Below are positions 8,226 to 16,937 of a stretch of DNA of 32,000 nt, in pieces (positions within the stretch are counted from its first letter, which is position 1; every line of letters starts with the position of its first letter). This stretch comes from Desulfobulbus propionicus DSM 2032 (GTDB lineage: Bacteria; Desulfobacterota; Desulfobulbia; Desulfobulbales; Desulfobulbaceae), in assembly GCF_000186885.1 (NCBI RefSeq), contig NC_014972.1:2010001-2042000 (forward strand), written 5' to 3'. A program made the translations under genes and the position numbers. The notes below the pieces were generated by a model, which saw only the letters and a program-made list of their open reading frames with translations, was not told the origin of the DNA and ran no database searches.

Positions 8226-10547
8226 ATGTCCCAGGCCATCCAATCTTCCTCCCCTCTGACCGGCGCGTTGCGGATCTCTATCCACGGAATCGTGCAGGGG
8301 GTCGGTTTCCGCCCTTTTGTCTACCGATTGGCCCATCAGCTCGGCCTGGACGGATCGGTGGTCAACAACGGCGAAGGAGTGGCCATTCATGTGGGCGGAC
8401 CGTTGCCGCTTCTCGAACAGTTTGTGCAATCCCTGCGGGAGCAGGCGCCGCCAATGGCCCGGATCGTGTCCCTTGACGCGCGGCCGACCGACCGCCCCCC
8501 CGCACCGGGCGCGTTTCGCATTCTGCCCAGCCAGCAGGGGGGCCGGCCGAACACCCAGATCGCGCCGGACATCGCGGTGTGCGACGATTGCCTGGCCGAG
8601 TTGTTCGACCCCGGCAACCGCAGGTTCCGCTATCCGTTCATCAACTGCACCAACTGCGGCCCACGGTTTTCCATTGTCGAGCGCATCCCCTACGACCGGC
8701 CCAACACCTCGATGCGCGTTTTTCCGCTGTGCGCCGACTGCGCCCGCGAATACACGGATCCGCTGGACCGTCGTTTTCATGCCCAGCCCAATGCCTGCCC
8801 GGTCTGCGGACCGCAGCTGAGCTGGCATGACCGCGAAGGACGCGGGCTGCCGGGGGACTGCCTCGCCTTGGCCGCCCGTGCCTTGGCCGAGGGCGGGGTG
8901 GTGGCCATCAAGGGGTTGGGCGGCTTTCATCTGGCCGTGGACGGTTGTTCGGAGGAGGCGGTGGCCCTGCTGCGGACCCGAAAGAACCGGCCCGCCAAAC
9001 CGCTGGCGATCATGATCCGGGATCTGGAGACGGCCGAACGTTTTGCCTGGCTGTCCGAGCAAGACAAGGCTCTACTGACCTCGCCGGAACACCCGATTGT
9101 GCTCATGGACCGCAGGAGCGGCAGCCCGTTGGCCGAAGGGGTGGCTCCGGGACTGGGGGCGATCGGTCTGATGCTGCCCTACACGCCGCTGCACCACCTG
9201 CTGCTCGACCAGCCCGGAATACCCGAAGCCCTGGTGATGACCAGCGGCAACCGCAGCGACGAGCCGATCTGCACCGGCAACGACGAGGCCCTGCGCCGAC
9301 TCCGTGACCTGGCCGACTTCTTTCTCCTCCATAACCGGGAGATCGTCACCCGGGTCGACGATTCGGTGGCCCGGATCATCGATGGCAGATCCCGGCTGCT
9401 GCGGCGGGCCCGCGGCTACTCGCCGGTGCCCCTGCAGCTGCGTCGACCCACCGCCGATATCCTGGCCTGCGGTGGCGAGATGAAGAACAGTTTCTGCATC
9501 GTCCGCCGCAACGAGGCCTATCTCAGCCAGCACATCGGCGAGCTAACTGGAGTGGAACAGTACGATTTTTTTCAGGAAAGCATCGCCCATCTGCAGGCGG
9601 TGCTGGAGGTGACGCCGCCCAACGTGGCCTGCGATCTCCATCCCGACTACCTGAGTTCCCGCTATGCCCACGGTCTGGCCATGCCCTGCCGGGAGGTGCA
9701 GCACCACCATGCCCATATCGGCGCGGTCCTGGCCGAGCAGGGACTCGATGGACCGGTGCTGGGCATCGTCCTTGACGGCACCGGCTACGGCGGCGACGGT
9801 ACCGTGTTTGGCGGCGAGCTCTTCCGGGCCGACCGCGGCGGATTCCTCCGCCTCGGCCGTCTATCCCATCTGCCGCTCCCCGGCGGCGACCGGGCGGCGC
9901 TGGAGCCTTGGCGCATGGCCCTGGCCTTGCTCTATGCGGGTTCGCCCGCGCCCTCGCTCGATCAGCGCCAACTGCCGGCGAGCCTCGCTCCCATCGCCGT
10001 GGACAAGCAGCGACTGCTCTGGCAAATGATGGCCAAGGGGCTGAACTGCCCGCGCACGTCCAGTTGCGGGCGATTGTTCGACGCGGTTGCCGCGCTGCTC
10101 GGGCTTTGTCTGGTCAGTCAGTATGAGGGACAGGCGGCGATGCTGCTCGAACACCACGCCACCTTGGCGACAACGACCACGACGGAACCCGCCTATGCGG
10201 TGACCATCTACGAGGAGGGGAGGGAACAGGTCATCGATTCGGCGCCGCTGGCCGGCTTGCTGCTTCGCGATCTGGCCGACTCGGTGCCGACAGCGGTGAT
10301 CGCCCGTCGTTTCCATCTCTGGTTGGTCGAGGCCCTGATCGAACTGATGCGGCGCGTCCACTCGCAAACCGGCCTCGACCAAGTGGTGCTTGCCGGCGGC
10401 TGCATGCAAAATAAACTCTTGTTTGAAACCCTGGCCGAACGGTTGCGCGAAGCCGCCTTTTCGGTCCATGCCGGCGAACTGGCGCCGATGAACGACGGCG
10501 GCCTTTCCCTGGGTCAGGCCTATCTAGGAGGTTCTCTATGTGTCTAG
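8226..10547 (+). CDS. hypF: Carbamoyltransferase HypF
   Basis: Acylphosphatase domain ISIHGIVQGVGFRPFVYRLA; zinc-finger repeats CDDCLAELF..CTNCGPRFSI, CADC..CPVCG; AIKGLGGFHLAVD; C-terminal VVLAGGCMQNKLLFETL. Confidence 0.97.
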   Translation: MSQAIQSSSPLTGALRISIHGIVQGVGFRPFVYRLAHQLGLDGSVVNNGEGVAIHVGGPLPLLEQFVQSLREQAPPMARIVSLDARPTDRPPAPGAFRILPSQQGGRPNTQIAPDIAVCDDCLAELFDPGNRRFRYPFINCTNCGPRFSIVERIPYDRPNTSMRVFPLCADCAREYTDPLDRRFHAQPNACPVCGPQLSWHDREGRGLPGDCLALAARALAEGGVVAIKGLGGFHLAVDGCSEEAVALLRTRKNRPAKPLAIMIRDLETAERFAWLSEQDKALLTSPEHPIVLMDRRSGSPLAEGVAPGLGAIGLMLPYTPLHHLLLDQPGIPEALVMTSGNRSDEPICTGNDEALRRLRDLADFFLLHNREIVTRVDDSVARIIDGRSRLLRRARGYSPVPLQLRRPTADILACGGEMKNSFCIVRRNEAYLSQHIGELTGVEQYDFFQESIAHLQAVLEVTPPNVACDLHPDYLSSRYAHGLAMPCREVQHHHAHIGAVLAEQGLDGPVLGIVLDGTGYGGDGTVFGGELFRADRGGFLRLGRLSHLPLPGGDRAALEPWRMALALLYAGSPAPSLDQRQLPASLAPIAVDKQRLLWQMMAKGLNCPRTSSCGRLFDAVAALLGLCLVSQYEGQAAMLLEHHATLATTTTTEPAYAVTIYEEGREQVIDSAPLAGLLLRDLADSVPTAVIARRFHLWLVEALIELMRRVHSQTGLDQVVLAGGCMQNKLLFETLAERLREAAFSVHAGELAPMNDGGLSLGQAYLGGSLCV

Positions 10548-10816
10548 CCATTCCCATGCAGGTGGTGGCCATTCAAGGCGGCAGCGACGAGCTGCTCGAT
10601 CCCCAGGTCGCCCTGGTGGAAAGCGACGGTATCCGCAAGGAGATCCGGCTGGAGATGGCCGACCGGGTGCCGGCGGTGGGCGAATACGTGATCATCCATG
10701 CCGGTTTCGCCATCCGCACCCTGACTGAGGAGGAGGCGGAGTACAACCTTAGCCTGATGCGGCGGATGGCCGAGGTCCTGGAACAGGAGGGACGCCTGCC
10801 CGGAGCACCCGAATGA
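10538..10816 (+). CDS. hypC: Hydrogenase assembly chaperone HypC/HupF
   Basis: Begins MCLAIPMQVV; short size; overlaps hypF 3' end and the hypD start. Confidence 0.96.
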   Translation: MCLAIPMQVVAIQGGSDELLDPQVALVESDGIRKEIRLEMADRVPAVGEYVIIHAGFAIRTLTEEEAEYNLSLMRRMAEVLEQEGRLPGAPE

Positions 10817-11934
10817 AGTGCGTGGACGCCTTTCGCAGCCGGGAGATCACCGCGCCGCTGGTGGAGGAAATTGCCCGCGTCTTGACCCGACCGGTGCGGA
10901 TCATGGAAGTCTGCGGCACCCATACCATGTCGATCTTCCGCCATGGAATCCGCTCGCTGCTGCCCGAGGGGATCACCCTGCTTTCCGGCCCGGGGTGCCC
11001 GGTCTGCGTCACCCCGGCCGGCCATATCGATGCCTTCCTCGCCGCCGCCCGCTTGCCCCAGGTGACGATCGCCACCTTCGGCGATCTGATCCGGGTGCCG
11101 GGCAGCGAAGGATCTCTGGCCGAGGCCCGCGCCCAGGGGGCCAGAGTGGAGATCGTCTACTCGCCCATGGATGCGCTGACCCTGGCCCGGCAGCAGCCCG
11201 AGCGGACCGTGCTGTTCGCGGCCATCGGTTTTGAAACCACGGCCCCGACCATTGCCGCCACCATCCTCCAGGCCGAGCGGCTGGGCGTCGACAATTTCCT
11301 CATCATCACCGCCCTCAAGACCATGCCCCAGGCCCTGGAGGCGCTGCTGGCCGACCCGGAGCTGCGCATCGACGGCCTGCTCTGCCCGGGACACGTCAGT
11401 GCCATCATCGGCAGCGACGCCTACCAGCCGTTTGCCGAACGTCATCGCTTGGCCTGCGCGGTGACCGGGTTCGAACCCGCCGACATTCTGGCCGGCCTGC
11501 TCGGTCTGATCCGCCAGATCAGCGAGGAGCAGCCGCGGGTCGACAACTGCTACACCCGGGCGGTGAGCGCGGCTGGCAACATCAAGGCCCAGCGGTTGAT
11601 CGACACGGTGTTCGAGCCGGTCGACAGCGAGTGGCGCGGCCTGGGCCCGATTCCCGGCAGCGGCCTGGCGCTGCGGGACGCCTACCAGCGGTTCGACGCC
11701 ATAAAACGGCTGTCCCTGTGTGTGCCGCCGGCGCACGATCCCAAGGGCTGCCGCTGCGGCGAGATCCTCAAGGGTCGCCTGCTGCCGCCGCAGTGCTCCT
11801 TGTATGGCACGGCCTGCACCCCGCTGCGGCCAATTGGTCCCTGCATGGTATCCAACGAGGGCACCTGTGCCGCCTACTTTCGCTACAGCGGCCACAAGGG
11901 CCGCCAGGACGGGCAAACGACATCTTTTCGTTAA
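10813..11934 (+). CDS. hypD: Hydrogenase formation protein HypD
   Basis: MEVCGTHTMSIFRHGIRSLLP, GPGCPVCVTP, AIGFETTAP, C-terminal CRCGEILKG...C. Confidence 0.97.
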   Translation: MKCVDAFRSREITAPLVEEIARVLTRPVRIMEVCGTHTMSIFRHGIRSLLPEGITLLSGPGCPVCVTPAGHIDAFLAAARLPQVTIATFGDLIRVPGSEGSLAEARAQGARVEIVYSPMDALTLARQQPERTVLFAAIGFETTAPTIAATILQAERLGVDNFLIITALKTMPQALEALLADPELRIDGLLCPGHVSAIIGSDAYQPFAERHRLACAVTGFEPADILAGLLGLIRQISEEQPRVDNCYTRAVSAAGNIKAQRLIDTVFEPVDSEWRGLGPIPGSGLALRDAYQRFDAIKRLSLCVPPAHDPKGCRCGEILKGRLLPPQCSLYGTACTPLRPIGPCMVSNEGTCAAYFRYSGHKGRQDGQTTSFR

Positions 11935-11952
11935 CTCTGGATCAGGAGATTC

Positions 11953-12969
11953 ATGAAAGCAGACGCCATTATCAGCCTTGACCACGGAAGCGGTGGCTTG
12001 GCCAGTCAGAACCTCATCAGCGGCCTGTTCCTCAAGTATCTGACCTCGCCGCAGCTGCGCGACCTGGAAGACTGCGCCGTGCTCGGCGAATACGCGGGCC
12101 GCATCGCTTTCTCCACCGACAGCTACGTGGTCGATCCGCTCTTCTTTCCCGGCGGCGATATCGGCGCCTTGGCGGTGCATGGGACCATCAACGACCTGGC
12201 CATGCGCGGCGCCCGGCCGATCGCCCTCAGCCTGGCCCTGATCATCGAGGAAGGCTTTCCGGTGACCGATTTGGAACGGATCATCGCCTCGGTGGGCCGC
12301 TGCTCGGAACAGGCCGGGGTGGCGGTGGTCACCGGCGACACCAAGGTGGTGCCGCGAGGCAAGGCGGATGGCCTGTTCATCAACACCACCGGCATCGGCA
12401 TTGCCTCGCATCGCCACGATATTTCCGGCAAGAAAGGGTTGCCCGGCGACGCGGTCATCCTCTCCGGCACCCTGGCCGACCACGGCATCACCATCATGAG
12501 CCGCCAGGCCGGCATCGATATCGGCGGCGACATCGCCAGCGACACCCAGCCCCTGCACCGGCTGGTCGGCGCCGTGCTGGAAGGGGACGCGGGCCTGGTG
12601 CATGTGCTGCGCGACCCGACCCGGGGCGGCCTGGCCACCTCCCTGTGCGAGATTGCCTGGGCCTCAGGAGTCAGCATCACCATCGAGGAAGACCGGCTGC
12701 CGATCCGGCCCGCGGTCAACACCGCCTGTGAGATGATCGGCCTGGACCCCCTCTACCTGGCCAACGAGGGCAAATGCATCATCCTCTGCGACCAGGACGG
12801 TGCCGAGGACATTCTCCAGTTGATCCGCCGCCTGCCCGAGGGCCGGGATGCCGCCCTGATCGGCTGGGTGGGCGAGGGCAGTTCCGGCCGGGTCAGCCTG
12901 ACCACCCGCATCGGCGGCTCGCGCTTGCTCGAACCGCTGACCGGTCAACCGTTGCCGAGGATCTGCTGA
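11953..12969 (+). CDS. hypE: Hydrogenase expression/formation protein HypE
   Basis: ISLDHGSGG N-terminus, AIR/PurM-like motifs, GDTKVV, C-terminal PRIC typical of HypE. Confidence 0.97.
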   Translation: MKADAIISLDHGSGGLASQNLISGLFLKYLTSPQLRDLEDCAVLGEYAGRIAFSTDSYVVDPLFFPGGDIGALAVHGTINDLAMRGARPIALSLALIIEEGFPVTDLERIIASVGRCSEQAGVAVVTGDTKVVPRGKADGLFINTTGIGIASHRHDISGKKGLPGDAVILSGTLADHGITIMSRQAGIDIGGDIASDTQPLHRLVGAVLEGDAGLVHVLRDPTRGGLATSLCEIAWASGVSITIEEDRLPIRPAVNTACEMIGLDPLYLANEGKCIILCDQDGAEDILQLIRRLPEGRDAALIGWVGEGSSGRVSLTTRIGGSRLLEPLTGQPLPRIC

Positions 12970-13003
12970 TGGTCATCAAATTTTTCCAAGGAGATTGAAC
13001 CCG

Positions 13004-13390
13004 ATGCATGAACTGTCACTGGCCCAGAGCCTGCTCGGCCAGCTGCTCGACCTGGCCCGGGAGCATGGGGCCCAGCGGATTACCCGGGTATCGGTCACCA
13101 TCGGTCCCTTTTCCGGGATTGTCCGCGATTCCTTCGAATTTGGCTTCAATACCCTCAAGCTCTCCCAGGAGCTGACCCGCGAGGCCCACCTGGCGGTGGA
13201 AACGCCGGATCCGGTCTATCAGTGTCTGGACTGCGGCAAGGTGTCGGTCATTCCCTTTGCCCTGCCCGGCGACCGGCTGGAATCGCTGCTGTCCAGCCAC
13301 TATCCCAAGAAATGCCCCTGGTGCTGCCTGTCGCGGCTTTCCCCCAAAGGCGGGACCGAACTCATCCTCAACCAAGTAGAAATGGAGTAA
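13004..13390 (+). CDS. hypA: Hydrogenase nickel incorporation protein HypA
   Basis: Starts MHELSLAQSLL (Met-His nickel-binding N-terminus); zinc motif CLDCG...CPWC; AGGAG-like SD upstream. Confidence 0.94.
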   Translation: MHELSLAQSLLGQLLDLAREHGAQRITRVSVTIGPFSGIVRDSFEFGFNTLKLSQELTREAHLAVETPDPVYQCLDCGKVSVIPFALPGDRLESLLSSHYPKKCPWCCLSRLSPKGGTELILNQVEME

Positions 13391-13394
13391 GCTC

Positions 13395-14105
13395 ATGTGT
13401 GATACCTGCGGCTGTCAACTGCACGACCATCACCACCACGACAGCAAGGTGGTCGAGGTCAACCGGAGTCTGCTGGAAGCCAATCAGCAGCAGGCCCATG
13501 CCAACCGGCACCATATCGAAGCCATGGGCGCGGTGGCCATCAACCTGATCTCCAGCCCCGGTTCGGGCAAGACTACCCTGCTGGAGCGGACCATCGAGAC
13601 CCTCAAGGGAACCGTCAATATCGGGGTGATCGAGGGCGACATCGAAACCGAACGCGACGCCGACCGTATCCGCGCCAAGGGTGTGCCAGCGGTGCAGCTG
13701 ACCACCGGCGGCGCCTGTCACCTGGACGCGCCCATGGTCCATGGCGGCCTCCATGTGCTCGAACACTTTGGCAAGGGACAGAAATTCGATCTGATCTTCA
13801 TCGAAAACGTTGGCAACCTGGTCTGCCCTGCCACCTTTGACCTGGGCGAACACCAACGGGTGATCCTCTTGTCGGTGCCGGAAGGATCGGACAAGCCGGC
13901 CAAGTATCCGGCCACCTTCCGCAGCGCCGACCTGGTGCTGATCACCAAGACCGACCTGCTGCCCCACTTTGATTTCTCGCTCGACGAGGCCACCCGTGAG
14001 GCCCAGACCCTCAAACCAGGAGTGCCGATCCTGCCCCTTTCGGCCACCAGCGGCGACGGGTTTGATCGCTGGATCGACTATCTTACCCGGTTGCTGCACA
14101 AGTAA
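13395..14105 (+). CDS. hypB: Hydrogenase nickel incorporation GTPase HypB
   Basis: MCDTCGCQLHDHHHHD metal-binding N-terminus, P-loop SSPGSGKTTLLE, NVGNLVCP, ITKTDLLP. Confidence 0.97.
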   Translation: MCDTCGCQLHDHHHHDSKVVEVNRSLLEANQQQAHANRHHIEAMGAVAINLISSPGSGKTTLLERTIETLKGTVNIGVIEGDIETERDADRIRAKGVPAVQLTTGGACHLDAPMVHGGLHVLEHFGKGQKFDLIFIENVGNLVCPATFDLGEHQRVILLSVPEGSDKPAKYPATFRSADLVLITKTDLLPHFDFSLDEATREAQTLKPGVPILPLSATSGDGFDRWIDYLTRLLHK

Positions 14106-14137
14106 CCCACAGCGGCCTTCCTTCTCCCTCCCTTCCC

Positions 14138-14169
14138 CGCACCATCGGCCGCACCCGGCCGATGGTGCG
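14138..14169 (+). terminator. Strong hairpin after hypB (operon-end structure)
   Basis: CGCACCATCGGCCG-CACC-CGGCCGATGGTGCG: 14-bp perfect stem, 4-nt loop, 32 nt after the hypB stop. No T-tract follows, so an intrinsic terminator is not certain. Confidence 0.5.
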
Positions 14170-14267
14170 CGCGGATTTCCCCCTTCCCATCCGCAAATTG
14201 ATAACGCAAGATTTCACTAAAGTGCAAACTTGTATTATCATGTGAAAACCTCAAGAAGCAGCACGAC

Positions 14268-14281
14268 GCAACGATCGTTGC
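14268..14281. promoter_or_regulatory. 14-bp perfect palindrome GCAACGATCGTTGC upstream of the sensor kinase (candidate operator)
   Basis: Exact self-complementary sequence in the AT-richer intergenic region before 14487. Confidence 0.4.
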
Positions 14282-14486
14282 TTCAATATACTGTTATTCC
14301 GATTTTTTTCTTTCACCCTCGGCTGGCACGGCGTTTGATATTCGTCAGTCGAAAGGAAAGAGGCAGGGACTCCAGGAGGTTTCGACGACGCCATCCGGAC
14401 GGTCACGCGGCCGGGTGTCTTTTGCTGCTCCCCATTGTCCGTCCTGGTTGTCGACGTGACCGCCGACCCGGCAAACCAAAGACCCC

Positions 14487-16937
14487 ATGCAGCTTCCCAA
14501 ACCACAACGCATACAAACAAAATTCATCACCGGTCTGATGCTGGCCGCCATGCTCCTCGGGGTCGCCTCCTCGGCCGGGTTTTATCTCCATCTGCGCAAC
14601 GTGCTGGAGGAGGAGGTGCGGGACAAGGCCCGGCTGATCCTCATGCATGTGGATTCGATCCAACACTATGTACGCGATGTGCTCCGGCCGACCATGTACG
14701 AGCGGCTGCCCGAGGCCTTTGTCATCCAGGCCATGTCGTCGTCCTATATTTCACGCAAGATCATGGCCCCGATCAATGCGCTTCACGAAGGAGCCATCTT
14801 CCGCCGGGTGGCCATCGATGCCCGCAATCCAGAGTACGAGGCCAACGACCACGAGCGCGAATTGATCCGCGCCTTTCGCGACAACGCCGAGCTCAAGCTG
14901 TGGCAGGGATATCGGGTGCTCAACGACGAGAAATACTTTCTCCTGGTCCGACCGGTGCGCTTTGAGCAGGAGTGCATGTATTGCCACGGCGATCCCCAGG
15001 ACGCGCCCGCCGACCTGCTCAAACTCTACGGCCAGCGCGGGTTCGGCAAACGCCAGGGGGATATTGCCGGCGTGGACTTTGTCGGTATTTCGGTCCACGG
15101 CAGCGTCGGCCGGGTGGAACGGACCATTTTCACCTATTTCGCCTTGTTCGCCCTGGTGGTGTTGCTGGTCTTTTTCGCCGCCAATGTGCTGTTCAAGGTG
15201 CTGGTGGTCAACAACCTCAAACGGCTCAACGCGGTATTCCGCCGCAACGTTACCGACGATGCGGGGTCGGCCCTGCTGCACCAGCTGGAACAGGGCGACG
15301 AGATCGACGAACTGGTCGATGGCATGGAGCAGATGAGCGAGCACCTGTTCGAGGCCAGGAGCCAGCTTCAGGATTACGCCGAAAACCTGCGCCGCATGGT
15401 CGACGAGCGCACCGACGCCCTCAGCTCCGAAGTGGAGGCGCGGCGGGCGGATGTGCGCCTCTTCGTCCGCCTGCTCGAGGACATGTACAAGAGCCGTTCG
15501 CGCGCCCAGCTGTGGCGGATGGCCCTGCCGCAGATCTGCTGCCGTTTCGCGGCCGAACGCATCGCCTATGTGTGCACCATGGGTTCGCAGAGCTCCTTTG
15601 TCTGGCCGGAGCAGGCCGCCATGCCCGAACTGCCGGACAATTTCGTCGAGGTTCTGACCGGCAGCGCCTGCGTGGCCGTGGACAATCGTCTGTTCGTGCC
15701 GGTGGAATCGAGCACCGGCAACGCCGAAGGGCTGTTGATCCTCCTGTGGCCGACCGAGGCCGAGGCCGCCCGCCATGACCGGGATGTGCTGCTCGCCCTG
15801 GGCAGGCAACTGGGCATCGCCGCCGAGAACCTGACCGCCATAGACAGCCTGTTTCGGCAGATGAATGTCCTGGAAACCATTGTCGAGGGCATCTCCGATC
15901 CCCTGGTGCTGATGGACGGCTGTTGCACCGTGCTCACCGCCAACCAGGCGGCCAGGACCCTGGCCTCGGAACTCACCGGGGGCGCACGCAGCGACGGCAA
16001 CATCCTGGCCCTGTTTTTCGACCTGCATGCCGCAGATTGTCCCATGCGCGAGGTTCTCTCCCGTGGCGCCTCGGATCTGCGCGAGGTCAGCCTGCCGGGC
16101 GGGCGCTCCTTTGCCCTGGCTCTCTATCCGGTGGGCGGCCGCGACGGCATCGCCGATCAGGTGGTGGTTTATTTGCGGGAGACGACCATGGAGAAACGGA
16201 TGCGGATGCAGGTCTGGCAGTCGGAGCGCATGGCCACGGTCGGCAAGCTGACCGCTGGCCTGGCCCATGAAATCAACAATCCCCTGGGGGTCATTCTCTG
16301 CTATGCCGGCCTGTTGCGGCAGTCGATCACCGACCCGCAGCAGATCACCGACCTGGAAATCATCGAGCGCCACACCCGCCAGGCCCAACGGGTGTTGCGC
16401 GATCTGCTCGATTTCGCCCGGCCCAAGGCCGCGGGCTCGGGCACGGCCGATGCCTGCGGGGTCGCTGCCGCCATGATCGAGGTGTTCTCGGTGCAGGCGA
16501 CCAAAAAAGGGGTGGTCCTGACCTTGGATCGCCCGCCGGAGCGGCTCGTGGTGCGCATGGGAGTCGGCGAGCTGGAGCAGGTGCTCAGCAACCTGATGAT
16601 CAACGCGCTGGATGCGGTTGATCAGCACACGGGCCTTGTCCGGGCACGGGTTGCCGTCGTCGATGACGACATGGCGATCCTCGAGGTCGAAGATAATGGG
16701 CCTGGGGTAAGCGCGGACGATGCGGCCCATATCTTTGATCCCTTCTACTCCACCAAGGAGATCGGCGCCGGCACCGGCCTGGGGCTGACCGTGGTCTACG
16801 GCATGGTCACCGATGTCGGCGGCACGGTGGAGGTGGACCGTTCGCCCGATCTGGGCGGAGCGCGGTTCAGGGTCACCCTGCCCAGAGGTGGGGAGCAGGG
16901 CGGGGAACAACAACTCGGGTTGGGGGGCACATCGTGA
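14487..16937 (+). CDS. Membrane-bound sensor histidine kinase with DUF3365 (Tll0287-like) CxxCH domain and PAS-like region
   Basis: N-terminal TM, sensor segment with QECMYCHGDPQDAP, second TM, KLTAGLAHEINNPLGVILCYAG (H-box), DNGPGVSADDAAHIFDPFYSTKEIGAGTGLGL (ATPase). Confidence 0.9.
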   Translation: MQLPKPQRIQTKFITGLMLAAMLLGVASSAGFYLHLRNVLEEEVRDKARLILMHVDSIQHYVRDVLRPTMYERLPEAFVIQAMSSSYISRKIMAPINALHEGAIFRRVAIDARNPEYEANDHERELIRAFRDNAELKLWQGYRVLNDEKYFLLVRPVRFEQECMYCHGDPQDAPADLLKLYGQRGFGKRQGDIAGVDFVGISVHGSVGRVERTIFTYFALFALVVLLVFFAANVLFKVLVVNNLKRLNAVFRRNVTDDAGSALLHQLEQGDEIDELVDGMEQMSEHLFEARSQLQDYAENLRRMVDERTDALSSEVEARRADVRLFVRLLEDMYKSRSRAQLWRMALPQICCRFAAERIAYVCTMGSQSSFVWPEQAAMPELPDNFVEVLTGSACVAVDNRLFVPVESSTGNAEGLLILLWPTEAEAARHDRDVLLALGRQLGIAAENLTAIDSLFRQMNVLETIVEGISDPLVLMDGCCTVLTANQAARTLASELTGGARSDGNILALFFDLHAADCPMREVLSRGASDLREVSLPGGRSFALALYPVGGRDGIADQVVVYLRETTMEKRMRMQVWQSERMATVGKLTAGLAHEINNPLGVILCYAGLLRQSITDPQQITDLEIIERHTRQAQRVLRDLLDFARPKAAGSGTADACGVAAAMIEVFSVQATKKGVVLTLDRPPERLVVRMGVGELEQVLSNLMINALDAVDQHTGLVRARVAVVDDDMAILEVEDNGPGVSADDAAHIFDPFYSTKEIGAGTGLGLTVVYGMVTDVGGTVEVDRSPDLGGARFRVTLPRGGEQGGEQQLGLGGTS

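Noticed and set aside
10573-12603. 676-aa minus-strand ORF opposite hypC/hypD/hypE
   Set aside because: Artefact of GC-rich codon usage. The plus-strand Hyp proteins are unambiguous.
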